From Octopus sinensis (lineage: Eukaryota), in NCBI RefSeq assembly GCF_006345805.1, contig NC_042998.1:37076001-37140000 (forward strand): a DNA stretch of 64,000 bases. Reading direction: 5' to 3'. A program made the translations under genes and the position numbers. A model generated the notes under the pieces. The model did no database searches. It worked only from the letters and a program-made list of their open reading frames with translations, and was not told the origin of the DNA. Below are positions 1 through 14,183 of this stretch, piece by piece; within the stretch, counting starts at the first letter, position 1, and each line of letters starts with the position of its first letter.

Positions 1-1121
1 CCTACATCCCTTCATTACTTGACCACTAGCCTATCATTGACATCGATCGAATCCATCAAAACACTTTGTTTATATCACATAACTCCCCTTTCTCAGTCTT
101 GCTTCCTAAATATCATCTCTTTCGCATGGTACTCACAGTTTTTCAAAAAAATATTTCTTCACACTTACGATCCACTCTCCAACAACACACATTCAATTCA
201 TATATTATTTCTCCGGTAAGTTTGCTACGACCGTTATACCATTCTTTCTCTTGTCACATGATAGACATCTCTTTGAGTCTAACTCAATACTCTTAAGATT
301 TCTAAATCTTATCCTAAATCATTTCATCTCAAATGTCAACAACATTCTCTTCATTAGCATTTATATTTGAGATCGATCGATGTGTAATATGCAGGGTTAT
401 ATATTATTTCTTGGATAATGACCAATTATTTTCTTTATTCAGTTATATCTCAATTGTGGAGATTTGTATGAATTTTACAAATACTTAGCAAGAAAGTTTA
501 TTCGCTACTTGTAAACACCAATAAAACATATCATAAATCTTTAATAAGAACAATGTGTAATAAAAACTAAGTTGTTCACCAAAATAGATTTTTACGATAT
601 ATCTAATTGCTTTTATGAGTTGTCATGATAAATCAGCAAAAATGTTTTTGTTCATCTTGGTACATCAGCAAAATCTTATTTCACCTCATACAAATTACTG
701 CTTTCATAATATTCAGTCAGCAGGTGTAAAAATCAAATTTCTATATTTGTTCGTAAATAATTCCATATATTTCCCAAATTTATCACGAATAACAAACATG
801 ATTGCATTGCATAAATTGCAGGTAAGACTTCTATTTTTTTAAAAACTATAACTTTCTCACAATCTATAATTTGTGAAGCACACAAATAGCTATATCCGAA
901 TTAGGGATTGTATGAAAATCTCTTCAAGCGAGTGCAAATATTCCAGATCGGAATTGTCAGAGTACTTGTTGCCTAATATTATTTTTTCATTTACACTGAT
1001 GCGTTAAACGGGCTAAATTTCTAGATAAAAGACAGGATGAAGAACCAAAGAACGAATAGAGAGGAACTATAATAAATAAAGCATGATTATTTCGTGCAGA
1101 AAAGCGAAATGCGGTTCGATG

Positions 1122-1122
<1 letters not shown>

Positions 1123-1174
<52 letters not shown>
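1123..1174. repeat. (TA)n microsatellite
   Basis: Uninterrupted TA run; one of many such tracts in the window. Confidence 0.95.
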
Positions 1175-1177
<3 letters not shown>

Positions 1178-1479
1178 TATTAGCTCTGAAATATATGGCA
1201 TAGCTATCGGAAAATACAAGTTGTAGTGTTAAAAATGTTGTCCGGCAAATATTAATCAGACATAGAGCTTCATGAATTTTCTACTTATAACCAAAATATT
1301 TTCCAGTAAATAACCCTGTAAGCTGAAACATGAGGATTATTAAAGTGTTATTGCGGGTTAAACCTGAAATTTCCACTTCAAAATTGATTACCAGACCTAA
1401 TTCAGGAATAGAAACATATGTCCAAGGTATACAGGTAATTTCAGACGACCAAAATAATACAACGGTATCAGTGATAGAA

Positions 1480-1790
1480 AATATATACTGGCTTAAACTA
1501 CAATGTTTTCGCTTCCGCCCTCACCCTTATTCGCCAGATTTAGCACCCTCGTCCCAAATATGGATATACTGCTCAAAGGTCACCGCTTCAACACCGTTGT
1601 CCAGTTCCAGAGCGTATCACTGAAGTTCTTCGACTCGCTTAAAAACACAACTTCTCGGTTGGATTTCAAAAGTAGCAGGAATGCTGCGACAGGTATATTA
1701 CTGCGCAACGTGATTATTTTGAAATTTTAGGTAAATAAGATACGTCGCTATTAAGCACAACTAGCCCAGGAACTTTTTGATACCACCTCG
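1480..1790 (+). mobile_element. Mariner transposon 3' remnant
   Basis: Translation contains PHPYSPDLAPS (mariner YSPDLAP motif); ends GAACTTTTTGATACCACCTCG|TA, a mariner-type terminal repeat followed by TA; frameshifted. Confidence 0.8.
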
Positions 1791-3690
1791 TACGTGTACG
1801 ATTGATGGATGCCTAGGAATTAATGAACGGGACTGTAGTCTTCAACGCGTCAGTGTCATTTAATGTTTTATAGTAAGAGATGCATTGAAGTCTTTAAAGC
1901 CACGTCATTTGTTTGTAATTGCTACCAACCTTCTGTGTTATGCTGTGCAATGTAAATCAATTTCTTGCAGATGAGGCAAAGAATAAGTGTGACACAGTAA
2001 TATGAAGCCATGCTTTTCCTGAGAAGTCCCAGGAAGAGTGCGTTTACGTGTATCATCGCAAACCAAATTGGATGCATTAATCAAGAAACACACGTGCATA
2101 TAGGTGCAAATTAAATTGATCGCAATTTGGATACTACTCGTATTTACAAAAATGTGTGTCTGTAATGTGGATTATTAAAGTCGAATATATATTTATAATT
2201 ACTGTGGTGTATCATAGAATGGTGTGTGTGTGTTTATGAGAAAGAGAAAGAGAGAGAGTATGTGTTTCAGTTCATGGTTCAGAAGGCAAAAGTCGAAGAC
2301 TAACGTAGTGACTTCATTTTAGTACTTGAGTGTATTGTATCCTATACTGGATAGAAAGAAAGCTGATCTAATGAAAATTATTACGTAGCTCCTGTCATTT
2401 TGACATTCGTAAGTTGATATTTTAGTCTCTACTTACCAGATACTGTAGTGTAAATCATGAGGAGAAGCGACCTCACAAAACCCTATGAAACACTCAGTTC
2501 GCCATTATTCTGACAAACACCATCTCGCAGTTCCTAATTCACCAACTCGGCCAAACATTGTGAAACAACAATGTTGTTTTAACCTCAATCAGTAGAAACT
2601 GCGACTTGCTTGCATTTTAGTGAATCACTATTTTACACCGTGTGATGGAATAAAATCTCAACAGAAAAAAATTATAAGTATATACAGAATAAACACAACG
2701 ATGAATACGATACACACCTTAGAGAAACATCTATTCGCTTGTTTCAGGTGCATAACAGTAAAATGTAATGTCTATAAGATTGTCAGACCTCTTGTGCAGT
2801 GAACTAACTTACCATAAAATTCTATTTACGGCAAAGAGAAATCGATAAATGATTCGTGTTCATATTGGTTTTTTTCTAGAGTAATATATTGATATGAGTT
2901 ATTGAACGATTAGAACGTGTTCAATGTTTTAGCCGTGAGTACACCTCCAATACACCATCATGCCTTCTTTGGAATCTTATATCTAATGCATGATCAACCC
3001 TGTACGCACATTAATCTCATACAGAACATTCAAGTAAAAAGCTTAAGATATTTTACTTTACACGCGTAGAAATAAATATTGTTATTTTAATTTAATCCAT
3101 CAAATCGCAAATGTTTTTGAATGATATACCAGAAGATATTCAGTTATAATTATATCTTTCTCTAAAACATTCAAAATAGGAAACAGTTGCTTTCAAGCAA
3201 CATTTCAGAATTAACTCTTTTAAATTGGACCATTATATAGGCACAATCTTTTGGTTTCTACATTTATTTTTATATCATATATATTCTATAAATCACGCAT
3301 ATTATATTTACACAAACACACAGATGCATAACACACACACACAAACACACGCATACACACACACACAGACACACACACAAACCTATGTATATATCACAAC
3401 AGATGGATAATGTATCAGTTCACTACAGCTGTTTCCAACGAATTTTGAATTTATTATTGGAGACATTTCATCATTAGAAAAAAAACATTTCTTCAGATAA
3501 GTACATGAACCACAACATTCAGAAACTTTCAGCACTCTGGGAAACTGCTCCTCGCGTGATACGAAGGATATTATGGACCGTATATTTAATACAATGTGTG
3601 TTTTCATTTTCCCCGAGAGTGAAACTAATACAGGTGCTTGTAGTTCATAGACCTGTCTCCGTCTTTTATTTTTCTATAAATTTCAACTAC

Positions 3691-3757
<67 letters not shown>

Positions 3758-6700
3758 ATATATATAATGTCTGTGTGTATGTGCGTGGCGTGTGTGTACG
3801 ACTGTGCATGTCTACGCACATTAACGGCTCATCTGTTTCTGGTCATTTTCTGTTTTCTTTTCTATTACAATTTATACTTATTGAATCCAGAAAACCCCGA
3901 GCAATCATTCGAGATAGTGGTATACATAACTTTTTTAATTGTTGCTTAGCCTACTTTATACGTATGCAATATTTATGGTTACCTCCTTGCTTTCCCTTAT
4001 TAGGGGACTGTTCTAACCTCGACCCAAGTAGTTGAACACAGTGACTACACGAATTAAATTTCAATATTCGAACCACTTCATGCTATATTATCTTATTCCT
4101 ATAAGCCGCATAGCAATGTATAAATTGGGCGATGTTGGTTATGTCATAGCAAAGTGTCATATATTTGAAAGAATTACAGAAATCTAGTTATTGATATTTC
4201 GAGTCCATTATTGCTATCGTTTCATGGAAGAAGGCAGCTCATCATATGAAGTTGTCGAAATATAAAGCAGGTTGAATATATTACACTCCTCAGCCATAGA
4301 ATCATGGCGAAATACATTGTAAGTAACTACACAGTTAATAGGTATTGATATAATACTTAGAGGAGGAGTTCAAATAGCGACACGATGAAAGAATGTACAA
4401 ATAGAAATACAAAAGACTAGTAATCACAAATGAAAACAGAAATGAACAAATACAAATGAACAGCAGTAGAGATCAGCAGCGGATAAGGAAATCAACATTT
4501 CATAAGATAATATACAGTCAAAAGATAAAGGATAAAAAAAAATACAATAATAAGCAGAAGCAATAAAATGAAGGAATAATACATACATTTAAATCCCAAA
4601 AATGTTGCGAAAAATGAAAACGAGATAAAAGTGTTTAATTTAGAGTAATTTATTTGCCTCCAATTATGTCATGCTGACGATTCTAAATGAAGATGAAATG
4701 GCGCTATACAAGGGTATCACCGACTGGAAACAACGTTAAGATTTTTATAACGTAAAGCGGAAGGATATATTAAATGTGTTTATTTTGTGCTCTGTCTCCT
4801 TTACTCTAATTTAAATTCAAACTTCTAAACACCCAACTTAAATTAATCTACAAGAAATTATGCCGACGATTGCTGACTACCAGAAGTCCAGCAAAATGAA
4901 CACGAAGAAACTATCTTGGATCTCATAGCGGGGGACAAAACGCGATGCAATTCCAGGTTGATACCTTTGTCTCTATCCGCCAAGAAGATACGAAAAACGG
5001 CTCGTGAAATTCCTTTTAATGAAAGCAATAATTGTAACTACAAGAAAAAACATTTTCAAACAGACATCTCTGGAAATATTAATATCTATACTATTGAAAA
5101 ATTGTTAATTGTGATAAATGACAAAGAACAATAAATATCTTATGAATCCCTCTTAAACTGTAAATTATAATCTCTCTATAAGAATTCTACAGCTTCATAT
5201 TTCACTCTGGTTATGTCGAGCTGATGTCTGTAAAAATACGGATGAAATGGCACCGAACAAATCAACGAAAGACGGGAGATTTTAAGCTGCCTATTATGTA
5301 CAGGAAAAAGAAATATTGAATATGCATATTCTGCGCAATTTACTTCCGCTTTGATTTATAATTTCATCTTCCCGCCTTAATTTAATCTAGAAGGAATTAT
5401 CTTCCTCAAGATAAACGACCATCAGGGCCGCACCAAGTTGTCTCCCTTGTAAAATAGAATGTTTCTGAACTCTCCTGTATTTTAGAAACTGTCTATCAAT
5501 TGTGATGATAACAAAACAACTGTCTCCTATTCAATTATTTCTTACTACTAAGCGGATACTTCTAAGTTATCGACCACAACACGTTTAAATTAATAACTAT
5601 GCATTCTCTCAGTTTATTTCTGCTAGCATCATGCATTTCTTATTTTATTTGTTCTATTTGCGTTTTTGAATGCATGAAATAATTAAACATCATGCTTTAC
5701 TTTTAGAAAAAAACTGTAGACTAAATGATTGCTAACTGATACGTAATGATCCATTTGCATGTGTTTAAAGGGACCGTATTTTAAAAGCTTTACTTCTGAT
5801 TTGCTATATACTACTTCACTTTTATTTGAGACAAACAGAAACTAAATAACAACAAGAATATTACACTAAACAGTTTTCTTCCAAACTATATGTCATTGAT
5901 CTCAACAAAGAAATTTCGAGATATTTTTTTTTTTAACAATACGGTTTATTTTGTAACAGGGTAACATATTAGTATTCATATGTTTTCATATTTTAGTCAT
6001 GTAAAAGATATATATAAATATCTTACATTTTAATGTTTGATGTAACAGATTGAACACAAATCTTAAACAATTACATTCAATGAAACAAGAAAGGATTCGA
6101 AGTTTACAATCAGATTTATCAAATTAAATTCTGAAACGGAAAGGATTATGTTCTGAACTAATGATGAGAGCGATGCGTGTGATTATTATGCACCAACATT
6201 AGATCAGTATAAGTGTCTTACCTTCCTGCCGACAGAAGAAATTAAGATGTTAAATTTAAATGTATTTGCTGAACAAATTCTTGGCATAATAAAGAAGAAT
6301 TATGAATCAATATCGATTAATCAAATTAAGTGGAAATATTATGATAATTCCAAACGATCCTCAGCTCTAGATGAAACAATTAAAATCAGATTGATAGAAC
6401 GAAAGAAAACAAGATAAAATTCCTACATAAGCGTATATATGAACGTATATTTATTACTTTGTCCAATTGTTATTTATAATAAATTGATCAACTTCAAAAT
6501 AGTATTTCTGTTGACCGGACGATTAAGAGCATTTTTTCTCTGCTTGATTCAGTCTCCAATTCTCCCGCATCATTACATTGGATTCTCTTTCAATTAGAAC
6601 TATACGAGTATGAATGTTTATCCACGAATTAGATAAATAATAGACAAAAAGTATGTATGTGTATATATATGTATGTGTGTGTGTGTGCCTGTGTGTTTGT

Positions 6701-6859
6701 TTGCGTATGCAGTAAATATTCATATATTATTTACTTGATGTATAGCAATGCCGTTTATTTTTCGGTGCTTCCTCAAGTTAATTCATTATATTTAATAGCG
6801 ACATAGTTTGGAATAGAATAATAGATCACAAGTTTTAGATCATATCAATCTACGTATGT

Positions 6860-6895
6860 ATTATGTATGCATGTGTATCTATGTATCTCTCTCTC

Positions 6896-6958
<63 letters not shown>

Positions 6959-6965
6959 AGATATG

Positions 6966-7036
<71 letters not shown>

Positions 7037-7090
7037 ATGTATATATATATATACATATATATGTATACGTATATATATATATATGTATAC
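6860..7090. repeat. Compound (TA)n/(TG)n microsatellite
   Basis: Direct inspection; source of several spurious YIYI/VCVC ORFs. Confidence 0.95.
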
Positions 7091-7125
7091 TTTATTATTG
7101 AAGCTGCAAAAATCATCACAAAAAC

Positions 7126-7167
7126 CTGCTACTCAGAGTTTCATGTTCCTGTTCGTCGATGGACAGT
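7126..7167 (-). ncRNA. Degenerate hammerhead-like motif
   Basis: Minus strand: TCGACGA acaggaacat GAAA CTCTGAG TA gcag. Stem III ACTC/GAGT and the GTA site are good, but the CUGANGA box is corrupted and stem II is weak. Confidence 0.3.
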
Positions 7168-7249
7168 TTTGATTCTCCCTCCAAACTCTCCAATACTCTA
7201 CCTCCAGTATTCAGTTGCTATTTCTTCCCACCTAGTTTTACATTTGTGT

Positions 7250-7400
7250 GCTTTTTCAGTCATTCGACTTGAAAACTTATTTTGGGTAAGCCTAGTACTT
7301 ATATCGATCTATTTTGGCGAACAGCTACGTTTGGGGTCATAGATACACCATTATCAGATTTCAAGCGATGGTGCAGGTCAAACACATACACAAAGATACA
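7250..7400 (-). mobile_element. Degenerate SINE 3' tail fragment
   Basis: Similar to the reverse complement of the tail at 17170-17362 (TAAGCCTAGTACTTAT, CAGTCATT motifs). Confidence 0.55.
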
Positions 7401-7477
7401 CACAAATAAATGTATATGTATATATATATGTATATATAAATATGTATATGTAATATGTATATATTATATATATATAT

Positions 7478-7526
<49 letters not shown>

Positions 7527-7556
7527 TATGCATATGTATGTGTGAGTGTGTATGTG

Positions 7557-7587
<31 letters not shown>

Positions 7588-7589
7588 AT

Positions 7590-9768
7590 AATAAATATTA
7601 GGGAATATATCCAAATTTACAGGGAAAAAAAATCAGATTTAGGATTAAATCCAATTTTATAGTAAAATATTATAAAATATTATTTGAGACAAAACCACTA
7701 TTTTGCAAACAAACAAGGAAAGACTAATCAATACATAAATTAATAAATAGTCAAAAAAACCGCCACTACATCGTTTCTTGTCTTGATCGACAATCTTCAG
7801 GTGGACTTCCAATCTAAAAAATCAAAATTTTAAAATATAAAAATAATACTTTTAAATAATTAAAGTATAAATGAAAAAAATATAAGTATATAATCCATAT
7901 ATAACCTAATATAATCCTATCGAAACATATAGACTAATTACCACGAATTCCTAAAAAAAACCATGATAAAACAAAACTCTTAAAAACATATATAACGATA
8001 AAATCTCCCTTTGCTAAACTCTATAACAAACCTATAAAGTAAACCCCCTAACCTAAACATTCACACACAAATACACACACGTAAACCACAGACTCACGAC
8101 TTATACACATACCTATACTACTTATAAACCTCAATATACACCAAAACCCACTCCCTCCCCACACAGACAAATTAACACATACATCCCAAAACCTAAATAA
8201 CAAACCCATATACACATTCACACACAAAACACACACTCACACGCAAAACACTCACACACAAAAGATACATATACTCCCTCACATATACGCCTTACATACT
8301 CACTAAACTCGACATTACAACAATACTTACACACCCACAAAAAACATTATATACATTTATGAGCTTTAACTCACCTTAGCAACTCTAACAAACAACTTGC
8401 AGTAACCCAATCCCATTCTCTATGCCTACCTCACTACTACACTATCCATTCACATTCCAAGCAACGCTAGTCCACCACCCGGTTATTCACGTGGCAAAAC
8501 GAACACCACTCAAAAATTATGAATGAAACAATGTAAAAAAAAACCAACACCTAAAATAGACAAAATACCACAAATTACCTAAAAAAACCATGATAAACCA
8601 AAACTCATAAAAGCATATAACGATAAAATCTCCCTTTGCTAAACCCTATAACAAACTTATATAGCAATCCCCCTAACCTAAACATTCACACACAAAAAAC
8701 CCACACGTAAACCACAGACCAAGACTTATACACAAACCTATACTAACTTATAAACCTCAATATACACCAAAAACCACTCCCTCCCCACACAGACAAATTA
8801 ACACATACATCCCAAATCCTAAATAACAAACCCAAATACACATTCACACACAAACAACACACACACGCAAAACACACACACACAACAGATACATATGCTC
8901 CCTCACATATACGCATATACATACTCACTAAAACTCGATATATACAACAATATTTACACCCACACTCATACAGATAAATAATTAATTATACAATTAAAAA
9001 CTCACAACCAATCTCATATACATAAACACTCTTATGAAAACAACAATAAATACATCGTAATTAACCAGAATATCAAAAATAACATTATGACATAAGGATA
9101 AATCAAATACATACTTACAATTCAGTTACAAATTATGAAGTGAAATTAGATTCTTAGCCGTTAAAAAACCAAACAAAATTACGTTACCATGGAAATAACT
9201 AATGTAAAAAAAGAATACGCGCCATAGAAAGTAAACGTCATTCATAGTATGAATGGAGAAATATAATAAATGGAACTAAAAACTATTCCACGTAGCAAAC
9301 CAACGCTACTTAAAAAAAATTATTATGAATGGATTCTTAAAAACTATCATGAAAAATCAATTATATACATATGAGCTTTAGCTCACGCTAGTAACTCTAA
9401 CAAACAACTTACAGTAACCCATACTCAATGCCTACCTCATTACCACCCTATTCATTCACAATTCCAAGCAACACTAGTCCACCACCCGGTTACAATTCCC
9501 AACTCTACCCATTCATTCACAATTTCAACGACGTTCCCTTCAACAACTCTACATATAAGCCTCAACATATACACCGGAGATACACTTACACATCCGTGCG
9601 GATGGGTGAGAGTATACATTAAGTGTAGTGATGGGGCTCCCATTTCTAAACACATTTGTACCTGTGTGGTAGTCTCCATGTGTATATTCACGCACGGGTA
9701 TTATGTATTGATTAATTTTTCCTTGTTTGTTTTGCAAAATAGTGGTTTTGTCTCAAATAATATTTTAT

Positions 9769-9775
<7 letters not shown>
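7590..9775 (-). mobile_element. Penelope-like terminal-repeat composite with internal duplications
   Basis: HHR at 7763-7804. About 7670-7730 is the inverted repeat of about 9705-9775. 7590-7705 matches the reverse complement of 30421-30530. About 7950-8340 is duplicated at about 8580-8965, and about 8370-8480 at about 9365-9490. Plus strand is strongly A/C-rich. Confidence 0.6.
7763..7804 (-). ncRNA. Type I hammerhead ribozyme (intact core)
   Basis: Minus strand: ccac CTGAAGA ttgtc-gatcaa-gacaa GAAA C-GAT-G TA gtgg. Stem I ccac/gtgg, stem II ttgtc/gacaa, stem III AC/GT, cleavage triplet GUA. Confidence 0.8.
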
Positions 9776-9808
<33 letters not shown>

Positions 9809-9869
9809 GTACACATACATACATTACATACATATATAATATATATATAATATATATATATATTTATAC

Positions 9870-10043
9870 TAAGGGCATTTATACACATGAATGCCTCATG
9901 CTATGAGGGACGTTAAAGTCAAAACCACCATAATAGATACCACTCTTGCATTCCCTCGCGTTCGGTACACTGTATTTATTATGGCACTTTTGACTTTCAG
10001 AGTCCTTTATAGCGTGAGGCATTTATGCTTATTAATGCCTTTA
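9870..10043. mobile_element. Foldback MITE-like element
   Basis: Imperfect inverted arms of about 70 bp (TAAGGGCATT..TGCCTCATGCTAT..AAAGTCAAAA..CCATAATA versus TATTATGG..TTTTGACTTT..ATAGCGTGAGGCA..AATGCCTTTA) with TA at both ends. Confidence 0.7.
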
Positions 10044-10332
10044 ATATAAACAACTCTATTCAAAAGCAATAATTATAATTTTTCCCTTATGAGATTTTTC
10101 AAATTGATTAATTGATAAATTCTTATAAAGATTTTATCCTAGTTTAAAATTTTATAAATATATTCGTTTTGCAAGTGTGTTGAAAGACGTTTCCTATGGC
10201 CGGATAACTGAAAAGATGGCGGCGTGTATTTCCACCCCGGCATTCGAACTCGGAGTTTTATCATGGCTACCGAAAAATTGTCACATATTACATTTACAGA
10301 TATATATATATTATATATATATTATATATATA

Positions 10333-10383
<51 letters not shown>

Positions 10384-10464
10384 TATATATATATATAAAC
10401 ATACAGTAAACTGACACTTACATATGTATATATATAATTATTCCTATATGCACATAGGTACTGG

Positions 10465-10580
10465 CGTGCTTCCATGGTAAGAAGTTTGCTTTCCCAACTC
10501 ATGATCGTGGGGTCATTTCTCACGCATGGTATTTGGTGCAAGTGTCTCGTACTATGTCCCCGGTTCGGTCAAAGCCTCGT
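10465..10580 (+). mobile_element. Degenerate tRNA/CORE-type SINE
   Basis: Aligns by eye with the head of the SINE at 16966 (TGGTAAGAAGTTTGCT..GCAAGTGTCT..ACTAT..CAAAGCC). Confidence 0.55.
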
Positions 10581-13500
10581 GTTTGTTATAAATTTGTTCT
10601 AGGCTGAAAACGATTGTACCGGCTTCGATTGCTTCAAATCGATTCTCCAACAACGCCGCAGTCAGCTGATTGGTTAAAAAGTGAAATGATGTGTGTGTGT
10701 GTGTGTGTGCGTGTTTGTCTGTGTGTGTGTGAGAGAGAGAGAGAGAGTGTGTGTGTGTCAGTGTTTGTCTTTGTCTGCGAATGCTTTTGATGAACAATTT
10801 CTATTTATGTATGTAAATAATTAAGAGTCATTGAATTACCGTTCAATGATCCAAGTATATGTAGAAGATCTTTGTTTTCTGAATGGTCCTACTCTCATTG
10901 AAATATGATGACACATCTTAAATTCCAATCTGACAAACGGCTTGATATATTGAGTGCTATGCTGAATTGGAATTCCTCAACAAGATATTAGTTGCTTTTC
11001 CATGCCGTGGTTGAGGTATTCCCCCAGTCTATTCACAACCGAACGCGGAATCAATCACAACGTTAAGAATGTGACAAAACCGTCCATTCCGTAGTGTCGC
11101 TGGAGAGGATCAGTGCAGTACAGCCAAGAATAGTATAAGGAAACCATATACAAAGATATGTCGTTAGCTACAACGACAGTGTAACTAAGGGGAGAGAAAA
11201 TATAGGTGGCACTATCACATCTAAGCCAAAGATCATGGCTTACTGATATTTAGCACCTAGCTGAGAGGTGTTACTTTCAAATGATGGAGGGGGCAAGGAC
11301 AATGAGACATAGTATATCGAGTCGGAAGTTTTAGCCGGTCAGATGCTGAAGCCCAGGAAGTGGGTGAATGGACAGCGCAGAACACCTTGTTGCAGTGCAA
11401 GTATAAGTTCACGAATAGCATACAGTATAACTACTTTATAATTACTTACGTCTGATTCCTGATTCCAGCCTAACTGCATGCGAAGTGAACCTCAGCTAGG
11501 ATGCACATTCATGGCAACAGTGAAACTTTCGTGTCCACTTTGTTCAAGAAGAGGATTTTTAGGATATCGCAGTAGTTTCCCAAACGCCACTTGAAAAGAC
11601 CAGCATTGTCGTCTGCATGACAAGGATAACAACACAGTTGCACAACGCATAACTACACACACCATCATAGGTAATTATTTTTCATTTTATAAGACAGAAG
11701 CTTACAATTATGTGTGCTTCTGGCTCACTTGCAGACTTAAAAATCCAACTACAACGATAGATGTTCCATGTTACAGCTGAAACTTGCAAATCCAATGGCA
11801 AGTGAACGGAATACAAACATGCACTGAAATCTATATTTTGTAAAATCCCCATCTACATATTTTGATAATGATAAAACAAAATTGGTCTCTAGGCAAATTA
11901 ATACCAATTTCCAACTCTTTCTTGTCATGTAAAAGGAATGTAACAACAGTTTATTCAGGTGCTGCAAGTCACAGAGCCAGATATCTACGAAACAAGAGAT
12001 GAGTGTAAATAATCGTTGTAAGTAACAGAAAAAGCTAAGGGGAAGGAGACAATTTGTCAATGTAAATATTTTTATAGTTTAGTGAAATGTATGTCATTCT
12101 GACATTTTGAGAGCGCTGTGAAGAATAAATATTTCTAGAAATAAAATACGTTCTTTACATAAGATGTATTTTCTGTCTACAAATGAATGTGGACAAAGCT
12201 TTGTTGAATATTGTCATCACTGCTACTACAAAACTACGAAGTCCAAGTTTCTGTTAAGATGGAGAGATGTAGGTACGATGAGAGATAAAAGGCCGTTTTG
12301 GTGGCTACACATTCTAAAGATGCTGAAATGTCTAATGCAATATCCAGTCAAACTAGATGTAGTGGAATTATTATAAAAAATTCAAACAATACTCTTCGGT
12401 ATATCTTCTTGCTCTTCTCTTTTCACGCATGTCTTTCATGATCTAAAGCGATAGATGTAATATGAGCTCAAACCTATTGCGTATCGTTCAGAATAAAGCG
12501 GTTTTTGTGAATATTTCATTTTAAGGTGTAAAAAGGTGAGTAAGTTATATGCAAATATATTTGGAGTTTTGCATGCAAATAGTGTCCTTTACATTTTCAA
12601 CGATTACTTTATTGGCATACTACACCGATACGTGGAAAATATATCTCTCGGTATCCGCCTTCTCTGGTTAGAACACATGGCACTTAGGAAGCTGCTAGTG
12701 AGTATTTGGACTAGCAAAAAGTTTTGTGAAAAGAAATCTGTTGATTTGAAGCAAGTTAAACATTGTAGGTCGAAATTGCCTCGGTGACACACGCTGAAAT
12801 CGAAAAGTCTGACAAGAACTTTCGATTAAAGAATCAGGAAAAAATGCATAGGCTTTTGCACAAGAAACCTTCATAGGATGAGAAGTGAAATGTTTTACTG
12901 GGAGAAAATTGAAGAAATACCTGGGAAAAGAGAGCATTCATTATGTAATTACAAACAGTTGGATGAGCGTTGGGGGAGCCTGGAAAAATGAGGAGAAATC
13001 GGAATGCAACAAAGGTGAATTTCGTAGAAACGTTTGGAAATACTAAAAGATCACAGCGTTTATGTTTAATTGAAATTCCCAGCATCCAGCCATTACATTT
13101 GTGTGCTGAATATATATGACCGGATATGCAATGGAGTCATTAAGCAGACTTATAAATAAATAATGTTTTTTTTAAGGTGTTTCATTCAGTTACTAATGTG
13201 ATTGAATTACTTAAGGTCAGAAGGAGAACGTTTTGCGAGTAACGAATTATAAGTATAAAATGTTCTGTAAGAGTTCTATAAGTCTTATTGGGAAGAGATC
13301 TCAAAACTCAGTTGCAAAATGTGACAGGATATATCATTCATCAAATAGTTTCTTTCTACTCTGATATTCATCCTGTGGCCATTACGATAGTTTAAAGTCA
13401 CTTATTCGATTAAAGCAGGTTATTGCCTCCAAACATTGCAGACATTTTTCTTTTATATAACATATATAACAAGTGTGAAGCTTGTGTCATTTGCTTATTT

Positions 13501-14183
13501 GACAGAAGAAGGAATAAGAATTGGAGAATATAAATAACATATTTAGCAGTTAGAGTCTGACTCAGTTAAATAACATTTAGTATGAGCATTAGTCATAGCA
13601 TTTCGCATGAAAAACCGAAATACAACAGACGTTATCTGTCGCAAAAATCCAAACGAAAATTATATGCAAAAGATTAATGAAATCCGAGAACAATGATATA
13701 TGATAATAACATTAATAGTGAAAGGTATAAGAGAGACAGGTGAAGTTATACGAACACAGTTGCAATGGTGTGTCAGTTTGGAATCCAAGTATGTAAAGTT
13801 AATAACTGGCGAAAACATTGCAATCTTGAAATCAATAATAATGTCAATACGATGGAGATATAGGGAGAAATAGTAGTCATCAATGCAACGCATAACATAA
13901 TCGAATGGCAGTTGTTGTTCAGTGAAGTTTGATTGAATTGATAAGAATCAGAAGTGAAATGAACGAAGAGGGACAATTATCCCCAGGAGTGTCATTTACA
14001 AATGGTTGTAAAATAAAAAATAAATTTAACCATTTGCATCGACATCACTTTTTAACCCTGATGAAAGGTGAAGTTATGCAGAATATCAAGAATAAAAATA
14101 TACACGAATGTGAATAACAGACTTCAAAAAAGAAATTAGAAGATGTTTTGCCATAGCAGGTTTCCAAAATGTCTTCCCTGTAT

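Noticed and set aside
4200-4270. TGATGAG..GGACTCGAAA hammerhead-like motif on the minus strand; CTGACGA motifs at about 4672 and 44398
   Set aside because: Stems I-III cannot be closed convincingly.
12526-12535. Plus-strand 10-nt micro-exon-like site (also 19 nt at about 17874-17892)
   Set aside because: Not frame-preserving and no supporting neighbours; their presence shows that such sites arise by chance, which tempers the minus-strand candidates.
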